NCBI GenBank assembly: GCA_963744145.1
Contig: CAVUSO010000001.1
Location: forward strand, 1,152,001-1,216,000
DNA length: 64,000 bases
From: an uncultured cyanobacterium
Lineage (GTDB): Bacteria; Cyanobacteriota; Cyanobacteriia; Cyanobacteriales; CAWUOF01
Reading direction: 5' to 3'
The position numbers were made by a program, and so were the translations under genes. This document shows positions 33,344 through 43,004 of the stretch, piece after piece. Position 1 is the stretch's first letter, and each line of letters begins with the position of its first letter. The notes under the pieces were generated by a model that was not told the origin of the DNA, searched no databases, and saw only the letters and a program-made list of their open reading frames with translations.

Positions 33344-34708
33344 ATGACTGAAGATTTAATCACAAAAATTTACAATTCCTTCCATCCTTTTGAACCACTA
33401 CAACCAGGTAGTCCAGCTTATGTAGATTGTAGTGCAGTCAGGGGAAATGAAAATATTTTTAAAGAGATTGGCACAAAAATAATTCGGTCTAATTCTAAGA
33501 CTTGTCAACTTTATACCGGACATCGCGGTGTTGGTAAATCCACTGAATTATTACGACTCAAAAAATACTTAGAAAAGAATGGCTGTTTTGTTGTTTATTT
33601 TGGGGCAACTGAAGGTGATGTTGATGAACAAGATGTTCAATATACAGATATTATTTTAGCTTGTACTCGCCATATTTTAGAAGATCTCAAAAACTACGCT
33701 AACCCTCAACCTTTATTGACATGGTTAAAATCTAGATGGACATCTTTAAAAGATTTAGCCTTATCTGAAGTAGCTTTTGAGGACGACTTAAAAATTGAAC
33801 AGACAATTGGCTTATTTACCAAGCTTACAGCCAGTGTTCGGCGCGTTCCTAGCAAGAGGGAAGAAATCCGCAAACAAGTCGATCTCTACAGCGTATCTCT
33901 CATCGATGCCTTGAATGTTTTTATTGCCGAAGCGAAGGAAAAACTACCTAGTGATAAATCAAGAATTGTCGTTATTGCCGATAATTTAGATAGAATCGTT
34001 CCCATTGAGAGAACAACGGGAAGAACTAATCATGACGAAATTTTCTTGGATTATAACAATCAATTAACTGCTCTAGATTGTCATGTGATCTATACAGTTC
34101 CTATTTCCTTAGTTTACTCGAACCGCGCTTCAGAATTACGCAATATTTATGACACGCCGCAAATTTTACCGATGATTATGATTAAAACTAAAAATAATCA
34201 AGTTCATCAACCAGGAATTAATGCCCTGAAATCCATACTTGAAAAGCGCCTCGAACCATACGCAAAAGAACTATTAGATATCCAAAAGCAACGTCCAGAT
34301 AATTTATACGATTTAGGGATTTTTGATATAGAACAAACTCGCCTGAAATTGTTTAATATGACGGGTGGTCACGTTCGAGAACTAATGCTATTGATGCAAA
34401 GTTCGATGGACTGGATCGACAATTTACCTATTACGGAAGCGGCTGTTAAGCGAGCAATTAATAAAGCTAGAGAAAGCACTTATCGAGTTGCTATTGATGA
34501 GCCAGAATGGGAGAAGTTAGCCATTGTCAACCACCAGAAAAAGATCGCTAATGAAGAAGGATGCCGTAGTCTTTTATTCCGTCGTTGTCTGTTAGAATAT
34601 CAAGATATTGATGACAATGGAAATATGCAAAAATGGCACGATGTTCATCCTTTAATTGAAGAAATAGAAGAATTCAAAACGGCACTAAACAAGTTGAATC
34701 AATCATGA
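33344..34708 (+). CDS. P-loop ATPase (STAND/KAP-like)
   Basis: Walker A GHRGVGKST, Walker B VIADNLD, GGHVR motif; overlaps the start of the TPR gene. Confidence 0.85.
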   Translation: MTEDLITKIYNSFHPFEPLQPGSPAYVDCSAVRGNENIFKEIGTKIIRSNSKTCQLYTGHRGVGKSTELLRLKKYLEKNGCFVVYFGATEGDVDEQDVQYTDIILACTRHILEDLKNYANPQPLLTWLKSRWTSLKDLALSEVAFEDDLKIEQTIGLFTKLTASVRRVPSKREEIRKQVDLYSVSLIDALNVFIAEAKEKLPSDKSRIVVIADNLDRIVPIERTTGRTNHDEIFLDYNNQLTALDCHVIYTVPISLVYSNRASELRNIYDTPQILPMIMIKTKNNQVHQPGINALKSILEKRLEPYAKELLDIQKQRPDNLYDLGIFDIEQTRLKLFNMTGGHVRELMLLMQSSMDWIDNLPITEAAVKRAINKARESTYRVAIDEPEWEKLAIVNHQKKIANEEGCRSLLFRRCLLEYQDIDDNGNMQKWHDVHPLIEEIEEFKTALNKLNQS

Positions 34709-37536
34709 ACTTAAGCGCATCTTTCAGTAAGTCAATAATTAAACCGGAGGAAGAAGAAACCTATCGCGCTTTACTTCGCAATCTTAAACGACATAGGGGA
34801 TTTGGCATTCTTTTCCTTCGCTGTACTCCCGAACAGGGGGGTAGAATTATTGAACAAGTAAAAATAGATTTACCCGCCCAAAAAATTACTACCCTCTCCT
34901 TAGAAAAGGAAATTGATAATCTCTATCAACTTATTGAACAAGAACTTCAGCAACAGCCAAGTGATATCTTTTTTATTACTGGAATTGAAAAATCTTTTGT
35001 TAACTACATTCAGCCAGGAATTGGTGGACAGGGAGATTACTATAAATTAGATACAGTTCCTCCTATTCTCGGTCATCTAAATTTACAAAGGGAGAGATTT
35101 AGAGACGATTTTAAAGTGTATCTTGTCTTTCTCCTACCTCTGTTTGGATTAAAGTATTTAGTTCGTCGTTCTCCTGACTTTTATGATTGGCGATCTGGAG
35201 TCTTTGACTTCCCTCTGGATCAGGAAGAGTCATCCCGAATTATTGCAGAAGAAGATTATAATCAATATCTTCAGTTAAGCCAACATGAACGATATCAAAA
35301 AATACTAGAAATTAAAGACTTAATTACAGAAACTCAATTAACAGATGCAAAAAAAGCAGAACTTTGGTGCCAGATTGACAGACTCTATGATTCTAATCAA
35401 GAAGATAATTTTGCTTTAGCTTCATTTGACAAAGCTCTGGAAATTAATCCTGACTTTTACGAAGCTTGGAACAACCGGGGAATGGCGTTATTTAAGTTGG
35501 GAAGATATGAAGAAGCGATCGTATCTTTTGACAAAGCTGTGGAAATTAAACCTGACTTACACAAAGCTTGGAACATCCGGGGAATGATGTTAGCTGCTTT
35601 GGGAAGATATGAAGAAGCGATCGCCTCCTATGACCAAGCTGTGGCAATTAAACCTGACTACCACGAAGCTTGGAACAACCGGGGAATGGCGTTAGCTGCT
35701 TTGGGAAGATATGAAGAAGCGATCACATCCTTTGACAAAGCTGTGGAAATTAAACCTGACTTACACAAAGCTTGGAACATCCGGGGAATGGTGTTAGCTG
35801 CTTTGGGAAGATATGAAGAAGCGATCACATCCTTTGACAAAGCTATTGAAATTAAACCTGATGACCACGAAGCTTGGGACAAACGGGGAATGGCGTTATT
35901 TAAGTTGGGAAGAGATGAAGAAGCGATCACATCCTTTGACAAAGCTATTGAAATTAAACCTGATGACCACGAAGCTTGGGACAAACGGGGAATGGCGTTA
36001 TTTAAGTTGGGAAGAGATGAAGAAGCGATCGCATTAGTTGCTTTGGGAAGATATGAAGAAGCGATCACATCCTTTGACAAAGCTATTGAAATTAAACCTG
36101 ATGACCACGAAGCTTGGGCCAAACGGGGAATGGCGTTATTTAAGTTGGGAAGAGATGAAGAAGCGATCGCATCTTTTGACAAAGCTGTGGAAATTAAATC
36201 TGACGACCACGAAGCTTGGAACATCCGGGGAATGATGTTAGCTGCTTTGGGAAGATATGAAGAAGCGATCGCCTCCTATGACCAAGCTGTGGCAATTAAA
36301 CCTGACAACCACGAAGCTTGGAACAACCGGGGAATGGTGTTAGTTGCTTTGGGAAGATATGAAGAAGCGATCGCATCTTTTGACAAAGCTGTGGAAATTA
36401 AATCTGACGACCACAAAGCTTGGGACAACCGAGGAATGGCGTTAGTTAAGTTGGGAAGAGATGAAGAAGCGATCGCCTCCTTTGACCAAGCTATTGAAAT
36501 TAAACCTGATGACCACGAAGCTTGGGACAACCGGGGAATGATGTTAGTTAAGTTGGGAAGAGATGAAGAAGCGATCGCCTCCTTTGACCAAGCTGTGGCA
36601 ATTAAACCTGACAACCACGAAGCTTGGAACAACCGGGGAATGGCGTTAGCTGCTTTGGGAAGATATGAAGAAGCGATCACATCCTTTGACAAAGCTGTGG
36701 AAATTAAACCTGACTTACACAAAGCTTGGAACATCCGGGGAATGGTGTTAGCTGCTTTGGGAAGATATGAAGAAGCGATCACATCCTTTGACAAAGCTAT
36801 TGAAATTAAACCTGATGACCACGAAGCTTGGGACAAACGGGGAATGGCGTTATTTAAGTTGGGAAGAGATGAAGAAGCGATCGCATTAGTTGCTTTGGGA
36901 AGATATGAAGAAGCGATCGCCTCCTTTGACCAAGCTGTGGCAATTAAATCTGACTTACACCTAGCTTGGTACGTCCGGGGGATTGCGTTACATAGGTTGG
37001 GAAGAGATGAAGAAGCGATCACCTCCTATGACCAAGCTGTGGCAATTCAACCTGATTTCCACGAAGCTTGGTACGTCCGGGGGATTGCGTTACGTAGATT
37101 GGGAAGAGATGAAGAAGCGATCGCCTCCTATGACCAAGCTGTGGCAATTAAACCTGACTACCACGAAGCTTGGTACAACCGGGGGTATGCGTTACGTAGA
37201 TTGGGAAGAGATGAAGAAGCGATCGCCTCCTATGACCAAGCTGTGGCAATTAAACCTGACTACCACGAAGCTTGGTACAACCGGGGGATTGCGTTACGTA
37301 GGTTGGGAAGATATGAAGAAGCGATCGCTTCCTATAACAAAGCGATTGAATTAAATTGTAATTATGCTAATGCTTATTACAATAAAGCTTGCTGTTATGC
37401 CGTACAAAATAACAGCCAATTAGCTATCGAAAACCTACGTCACGCCATAAACCTTGATCCCAAATATCGAGATATGGCAAGAACTGAAACAGACTTTGAT
37501 AACATTCGGGAGGATGTACAGTTTCAGGTATTGTAA
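34705..37536 (+). CDS. Large TPR protein with N-terminal degenerate NTPase-like region and 18 near-identical TPRs plus a cap repeat
   Basis: HLNLQRE...SPDFYDWRSG region followed by 34-aa TPR repeats. Confidence 0.9.
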   Translation: MNLSASFSKSIIKPEEEETYRALLRNLKRHRGFGILFLRCTPEQGGRIIEQVKIDLPAQKITTLSLEKEIDNLYQLIEQELQQQPSDIFFITGIEKSFVNYIQPGIGGQGDYYKLDTVPPILGHLNLQRERFRDDFKVYLVFLLPLFGLKYLVRRSPDFYDWRSGVFDFPLDQEESSRIIAEEDYNQYLQLSQHERYQKILEIKDLITETQLTDAKKAELWCQIDRLYDSNQEDNFALASFDKALEINPDFYEAWNNRGMALFKLGRYEEAIVSFDKAVEIKPDLHKAWNIRGMMLAALGRYEEAIASYDQAVAIKPDYHEAWNNRGMALAALGRYEEAITSFDKAVEIKPDLHKAWNIRGMVLAALGRYEEAITSFDKAIEIKPDDHEAWDKRGMALFKLGRDEEAITSFDKAIEIKPDDHEAWDKRGMALFKLGRDEEAIALVALGRYEEAITSFDKAIEIKPDDHEAWAKRGMALFKLGRDEEAIASFDKAVEIKSDDHEAWNIRGMMLAALGRYEEAIASYDQAVAIKPDNHEAWNNRGMVLVALGRYEEAIASFDKAVEIKSDDHKAWDNRGMALVKLGRDEEAIASFDQAIEIKPDDHEAWDNRGMMLVKLGRDEEAIASFDQAVAIKPDNHEAWNNRGMALAALGRYEEAITSFDKAVEIKPDLHKAWNIRGMVLAALGRYEEAITSFDKAIEIKPDDHEAWDKRGMALFKLGRDEEAIALVALGRYEEAIASFDQAVAIKSDLHLAWYVRGIALHRLGRDEEAITSYDQAVAIQPDFHEAWYVRGIALRRLGRDEEAIASYDQAVAIKPDYHEAWYNRGYALRRLGRDEEAIASYDQAVAIKPDYHEAWYNRGIALRRLGRYEEAIASYNKAIELNCNYANAYYNKACCYAVQNNSQLAIENLRHAINLDPKYRDMARTETDFDNIREDVQFQVL
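35455..37350 (+). repeat. Coding tandem array of 102-bp units
   Basis: GCTTGG...TTGGGAAGA.ATGAAGAAGCGATC recurs every 102 nt, with two 138-nt exceptions. Confidence 0.95.
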
Positions 37537-37625
37537 AATATTAAAAGTAATTTCATTATGGAAAATCTTCTACAAACTGGTTAAAACAACAAGAAAATCT
37601 TAATCAAATTCCGAGGAAATTTAAA

Positions 37626-38234
37626 ATGGCTTATAGCGATTTCAAACTAAATGAACTGGTCAAACAATTTGACTTAACTCTAAACGAAAACCTAGATTTA
37701 TTTGCTGATATACCCGAAGTAGAACCTAGTGAAAATCTCAAATTTTCATTGAAAGAGAATGCCTCATTAGCCCTAGATATAAACACAGAAAAAGCCCGCT
37801 CCGAGATGATTATTGCTCCAATATTACTGGAAGTAAGACGACAGGTTAATTATCAAATTGGTCTATTCTCTGGTTCCGAATTTAATGTAGCTCCAGAAAA
37901 GGGATTAAATGGAACTTGTGATTTTTTAATCAGTTTGTCACCAGAAAGATTGTTTATCAAAGCACCGATTATTATGCTAGTTGAAGCAAAAAAAGAAGAT
38001 CTTAAAGCTGGACTGGGACAATGCGTAGCCGAAATGTTAGCTGCTCAATTATTTAACGATCGAGAAGAAAATGAAATTAAAACAATTTATGGAGTCGTAA
38101 CATCAGGAACGAATTGGAGATTTTTGAAATTAGAGGGCAAGATTGTTTATATTGATCCGATCGAGTATTATCTGAGAGATGTGGAAAAAATTTTAGGCAT
38201 CTTATTAAGCCCTCTATTTCCAGGGCAAAAATAA
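37626..38234 (+). CDS. Restriction-endonuclease-fold protein (cyanobacterial MAYSDF family)
   Basis: TEKARSE...CDFL...VEAKK...QCVAEM, PD-(D/E)xK-like. Confidence 0.65.
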   Translation: MAYSDFKLNELVKQFDLTLNENLDLFADIPEVEPSENLKFSLKENASLALDINTEKARSEMIIAPILLEVRRQVNYQIGLFSGSEFNVAPEKGLNGTCDFLISLSPERLFIKAPIIMLVEAKKEDLKAGLGQCVAEMLAAQLFNDREENEIKTIYGVVTSGTNWRFLKLEGKIVYIDPIEYYLRDVEKILGILLSPLFPGQK

Positions 38235-38379
38235 CCATATTCTCTTTATGATCAAGTTGAAAATTTATGAAGAAATCCTCAATCATCCCACAATAATGCA
38301 ACGCTCAATCTGCTAAATTTCGTTGCCGATCGCCAGCAAAATTGTATCGTTTTCATTCCTAATACAAACCTACTGATAT

Positions 38380-39657
38380 ATGCTCAAAAAGCTACGGTTG
38401 GAATACTTTAAAAACTTTAAAAATGCCGAACTCCATCTCGGCTCTTTTACTATTCTAGTTGGAACTAACGCATCTGGAAAAAGTAACATCAGAGATGCTA
38501 TGCGTTTTTTACATGGTATTTGTCGCGGCTATAATCTCGCGGAAATTATGGGAGAAAAATATGTAGAAGGAGGCGTTTTGCAATGGCGAGGAATCCGGGG
38601 AGGAACGCGAGAAGCAGGGTTTCAAAATTCTGAAATATTTAGTTTAGAAATCTCATTCTTTATTGATTACGAAGGCTGTCAACGAGAAACAACCTATCGA
38701 ATCGAAGTTGAACCTGGCACAGGAAGCAGAATTCCGCGAGTTCATGCAGAACGGTTGCTGGTAAAAGACTTTGAAGATGAAGATGTCATCTTTGAGGCAA
38801 AGCATTTTCCTCAAATTGAAGGACAGCCTTTCAGCTTTAAATTTTATAAACAAAACTTTTCGTTGGGAACTATTCCTAGCTACCAACCTGTAATTTATCA
38901 GATTGTATCTAAAGATTTTCAGCAATTTTTTATTCCTTATCAAAAAATATTATCAATAGTTAGAGAAATTGCCCAAAAATCTTTAGATGCTTTCGACGAT
39001 ATACGATTTCTGGATCTTAACCCAGAAGCAATGCGTTTACCGTCCTTTCCTGGACAGACTATTTTAGGCGATCGCGGTGAGAACCTTTCATCTGTGCTTC
39101 TTGATATTTGTCAAGACCCCCAAAAAAAAGAAACCCTGTTGGAGTGGATACAGGAACTCACCCCAATGGACGCCAAAGACTTTGAATTTCCTACTGATTT
39201 CACTGGCAAAACTTTACTAAATTTAGTTGAAAAAAACGGGCAAAAAATATCAGCTTATAGCGCTTCAGATGGAACCCTACGTTTTCTGGCTATAATAGCA
39301 GCTTTACTGGGTTCAGAGCCAGCCAAAATTTACTTTTTTGAAGAACTAGATAACGGCATTCATCCCACCCGTTTACATCTCCTAATACAACTAATTGAAC
39401 GCCAAGTTTCCCAAGGAAAAATCCAAATTATTGCCACTACCCATTCTTCCCAATTACTCAGACTTATCAGCCCCCAAACCTTAGAATTAGTCTCATTAAT
39501 CTATCGGTTAGAAAATCGACCCGATGCCAAAATTATCCGTATTTTAGATATTCCTAATGCTCAGGAAATTCTGGAAAAACAAAGTTTAGCCCACCTCCAT
39601 GAATCAGCCTGGTTAGAAAATGTGATGGAATTTACCAGTGATGATGAGGTGGAATGA
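38380..39657 (+). CDS. AAA_21 / SMC-like ABC ATPase
   Basis: GTNASGKSN, SDGT signature, FFEELDNGIHP, TTHS. Confidence 0.88.
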   Translation: MLKKLRLEYFKNFKNAELHLGSFTILVGTNASGKSNIRDAMRFLHGICRGYNLAEIMGEKYVEGGVLQWRGIRGGTREAGFQNSEIFSLEISFFIDYEGCQRETTYRIEVEPGTGSRIPRVHAERLLVKDFEDEDVIFEAKHFPQIEGQPFSFKFYKQNFSLGTIPSYQPVIYQIVSKDFQQFFIPYQKILSIVREIAQKSLDAFDDIRFLDLNPEAMRLPSFPGQTILGDRGENLSSVLLDICQDPQKKETLLEWIQELTPMDAKDFEFPTDFTGKTLLNLVEKNGQKISAYSASDGTLRFLAIIAALLGSEPAKIYFFEELDNGIHPTRLHLLIQLIERQVSQGKIQIIATTHSSQLLRLISPQTLELVSLIYRLENRPDAKIIRILDIPNAQEILEKQSLAHLHESAWLENVMEFTSDDEVE

Positions 39658-39699
39658 TGAGGGTTTTAGTAATTCCAGAAGACTTCCGAAAAGACCAAT

Positions 39700-40850
39700 A
39701 GACATCTCCTAAAACTTATAAGCTAGTTATGGTAAGCATTTTAGCGTTTTTCCTGTTTAAATTTATCATCGCTGAAACGTATATTTTTCGTAGTTTTACT
39801 TCATTGATCCAATTTCAGGTTAAAACTATGACTCACTATGATCTCGATTTCTTTATCTATTTCTGACGGATTAACTACTTTAATAAGTAAAGCATTTATT
39901 CTTAATCTTACTAACCCGCAAATCGTTAAAAATATTGATTTATATTTGATTTTACTTAATCTAAATCTCTCTTGCATTATCCTAAATATTTTGATAATTC
40001 TAATTAAATGTTCGACAAATATTCTCTCTGATGAAATCTCTTTATTTGTTTCTTTTTGTGATTGAGTTAATTCACCCCCTTTCGGTTTTTTGGCTGGTGT
40101 TTTAATTTGTTCTTCTCCTATGTAAGCTTTATCTCCACTAAATTTTTGGGTTTTTGAAAATTTACTTAAAGTTTCTCTACATATTTTTATGTCACTTGTA
40201 GGTCCTGGTTCTCCTGCTACTACATCGACAATATCTTTAGCTTTTGGTAGACTGATCACTTGGTTTTTAAAAGTATGATTTTTCTTTTTACCTGAGTAAT
40301 ATTTTTTCTGCTCCTCATAAGACAAAGCCCTTTCTATTGGCTGTTCTTCGCTGTCTACTATTAGTTCATAATCAGTAAGTTTTTCCAGGATTTCTGATGA
40401 ATTTTCCTCAAACTTTTTTACTTGTTCTAATAGAGAACATGGCAAAGCTTCTCTTAATATTTGTTGCCAATAGTGAAAAATCTTATGAGCAGTTGATTCA
40501 CTTACTTGAAACATCAATCCTAATAATTGAAAATTTAGATGATGTCTAAGATAGACTAAGGTTAAAATGATTTGCTCTTTTTTTTCTAGTTTTGATTCTC
40601 TCCCTCCTCCTGATTTAATTATTCTTACTTTCTGTTCTTCTTGTTCTTGTTCTTTTTGGTCATGCAAAATTAAAGCATATTCTATCAACTGTTCTAATTG
40701 GTTATAATTAATTCCCAATAATCGTTTAGTTTCCTTCTGGTTTTTTTGGATGTATTCCCAAGTATAATTACTCATTTTAGTAATTACTCCATTAATGTTC
40801 TAGATCATTATACCATATTTTTGGTTTTTCATTATATTATGGAGATGTCT
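39700..40850 (-). mobile_element. IS5-family (ISL2-like) insertion sequence, 1151 bp
   Basis: TIR AGACATCTCC / GGAGATGTCT; 3-bp TSD AAT at 39697-39699 and 40851-40853. Confidence 0.9.
39801..40775 (-). CDS. IS5-family transposase
   Basis: IVDSEEQPIER, YSGKKK, GDKAY, RIFVEH motifs. Confidence 0.92.
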   Translation of the reverse strand: MSNYTWEYIQKNQKETKRLLGINYNQLEQLIEYALILHDQKEQEQEEQKVRIIKSGGGRESKLEKKEQIILTLVYLRHHLNFQLLGLMFQVSESTAHKIFHYWQQILREALPCSLLEQVKKFEENSSEILEKLTDYELIVDSEEQPIERALSYEEQKKYYSGKKKNHTFKNQVISLPKAKDIVDVVAGEPGPTSDIKICRETLSKFSKTQKFSGDKAYIGEEQIKTPAKKPKGGELTQSQKETNKEISSERIFVEHLIRIIKIFRIMQERFRLSKIKYKSIFLTICGLVRLRINALLIKVVNPSEIDKEIEIIVSHSFNLKLDQ

Positions 40851-41596
40851 AATATATGCTTAAACCTATCATTACTGCAATGATGGCAACTCTCGGCAAA
40901 CCTCGCGCTAAAGTAATGATTTGTCAAGACCCTCTTTTGGGAGGAATCAGTGAAGCTTTAAAATGGGAAAATATTGAAAGTATTATCAAGCAGTATCCGA
41001 TGGTTGACCTGTTTCTACTTTGTGTAGACCGTGATGGAAATATGGGTAGAGCAACTGTTCTGAATAATCTAGAAATTAAAGCTGCTACTGTTTTACAAAA
41101 AAATAGCTTATTTTTAGCAGAAAATGCTTGGCAAGAAATTGAAGTTTGGATTTTAGCTGGGCAAGATTTACCAAAAGAGTATAACTGGCAAAAAATTCGC
41201 CAAGAAATTAATCCTAAAGAAACCTACTTTTTGCCATTTTCTCAGCAAAGAAATCTCCTAGATACGCCAGGGGAAGGGCGAAAACCATTAGGTGAAGAAG
41301 CAGGGAAACGGTATGACCGTATTCGCAAACTTTGCCCAGAAGATATCGTTAATTTAGAAACTCGAATTAACAATTGGTTAGCAGAAAGATAAAACTATGA
41401 TCTCCATGATCAGCATTTTGCCCAAAACTTGGTGTTCCAATGCTTATGCTAGATGGATGTGGACTAAATTATAGAGTATAAGAGCGATCGCACTACTCAA
41501 AACCTTGTCCATATCTCGGAAAATGCGATTACTCTCCAAACTCTACCAGTTGTCCAGATATAGAGAGTCGCGATCACAGTTATAACAGATGGTGAT

Positions 41597-41639
41597 CGAT
41601 CGCCTTTCAACCGTCAGATGTGGGAGAAATGGCGACAAC
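41597..41639. repeat. Direct repeat B1 (partner 42252-42294)
   Basis: 36/43 identity, begins with CGATCGC. Confidence 0.75.
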
Positions 41640-41750
41640 TATTATAGAGCGCGATCGCTAATTTTCGCATGATTTCAGAAATTTGGTCAAACCAGCATCA
41701 GATAGTATACTATTGTTATTAGTAAAACTTAGTACCCGAAAGATATCAAA

Positions 41751-42215
41751 ATGACCAGAAAAGTATTAACAATTCTATCTATTCTAGTCTGTGCAGCTAT
41801 TGTATTTTTCACATGGTTAGTCCCCAAAGTAACCGCTCAACTTACATCACCTATGTGTAATAATGCCACATTGCAAGGTCTTTATGCACATCATATCTCT
41901 GGAGTCCGTGGGACCACACCTCCCTATACTCCCTTTACTGCGGTAAGAACTGGTGAGTTTCAAAATGGTAAAGTCAAAGGATATGGAACACTTAGTCTAG
42001 GTGGAGATGTGAAGGACTATAAAATGGAAGGTACTTATAATGTAAAGAGTGATTGTACTGTTATTTTCGAGAATTCTATTGTTTCTAGCGATGGCAAACT
42101 TAGTCAATCTTCCAAGCAATTTGGTGTAATTGTTGAGCATGGTAAGAAAGTTTACCTCATTCAACAAACACCTGGGAGAATTGAATCTGGAATTTATGAA
42201 AAAGTAGGTTCCTAA
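41751..42215 (+). CDS. Secreted hypothetical beta-rich protein
   Basis: Signal peptide and CNNATLQGLY...GTYNVKSDCT motifs. Confidence 0.7.
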   Translation: MTRKVLTILSILVCAAIVFFTWLVPKVTAQLTSPMCNNATLQGLYAHHISGVRGTTPPYTPFTAVRTGEFQNGKVKGYGTLSLGGDVKDYKMEGTYNVKSDCTVIFENSIVSSDGKLSQSSKQFGVIVEHGKKVYLIQQTPGRIESGIYEKVGS

Positions 42216-42251
42216 CTTTCAACTTGATTTTGTAGCTAAGATTATCGGTGG

Positions 42252-42294
42252 CGATCGCATTTCAATCGCCAGATGTGGGAGAAGTAGGGGCAAC
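42252..42294. repeat. Direct repeat B2
   Basis: Matches 41597-41639; starts within a full HIP1 site. Confidence 0.75.
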
Positions 42295-42314
42295 ATGAAA
42301 GCGAAATGATTGGT

Positions 42315-42405
42315 GCGATCGCGATTATTACCTGTGTAATTATTTATCTTGTCCATGCAGTCTAAAATATGCTCGCCCGTAGACTTTATCCCGCTCTAAA
42401 TTCAT
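42315..42405 (-). pseudogene. HEPN/DUF86 toxin remnant
   Basis: MNLERDKVY, +1 shift, EHILDCMDKINNYT; similarity ends at the HIP1 site 42315-42322; ATGA overlap with the MNT gene. Confidence 0.6.
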
Positions 42406-42695
42406 AATACCTTCGCTTCTGCCAATACTCGATCCTTAATAAAACGACTCAATCCTTTCTCAGTAACAATATCCACTTTGCAACCAAGCAAATCCTGTAA
42501 ATCCATTAATAAACCTCCTGGAAACCAAGGCGAAATTTTCTTTAAATCGTAATCAACTAGAAAATCAATATCACTATTCTCTGCTTCTTCACCCCGCGCT
42601 ACTGAGCCAAATACTCGGACATTAAACGCTCCATGTTTAGCTGCTATATCTAGAATATCAGTCCGTTTTTCTGCTAAGAGTTTTTGTAATTTCAT
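42402..42695 (-). CDS. Minimal nucleotidyltransferase (MNT) antitoxin
   Basis: VFGSVARGE...SDIDFLV...KVDIVT. Confidence 0.9.
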   Translation of the reverse strand: MKLQKLLAEKRTDILDIAAKHGAFNVRVFGSVARGEEAENSDIDFLVDYDLKKISPWFPGGLLMDLQDLLGCKVDIVTEKGLSRFIKDRVLAEAKVL

Positions 42696-43004
42696 AATAC
42701 TAGCTCCACATTATCTAAATTATAGCTCAATCCATCAACAAAATTATCAGAAAATAAATTGCTCTTTCTAGCTGAAACTCTCTCGGCTTCTAACAATCTT
42801 TGCTCGATTAACTCTGCTTTTCTGGTTTGGATCGCAAAATAGGTTTGAGCGAAAGCTATTTCTTGTTTACGAGGATCGCCATTTTGAGCTATGAGATAAC
42901 AAGCATAACGAGTTAACATTATATCGTCTATCTCGCGATGACTTCCTGAACCAAGATCAACGATTTTATTGACGGAGGCAAAATGGTCAACAATTTCCCG
43001 TTTA

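Larger units (their letters stand above)
39654..41392 (+). pseudogene. Putative TOPRIM-like partner of the ATPase, split by an IS5 element
   Basis: Removing the IS and one AAT restores MMRVLVIPEDFRKDQYMLKPII...CVDRDG...QEIEVWIL; start overlaps the ATPase stop. Confidence 0.8.

Noticed and set aside
35455..37350. Regular repeat array resembling CRISPR
   Set aside because: 102-bp in-frame coding TPR units with no unique spacers
35658..37354. Long antisense and alternate-frame ORFs over the TPR gene
   Set aside because: Shadows of the repetitive coding sequence
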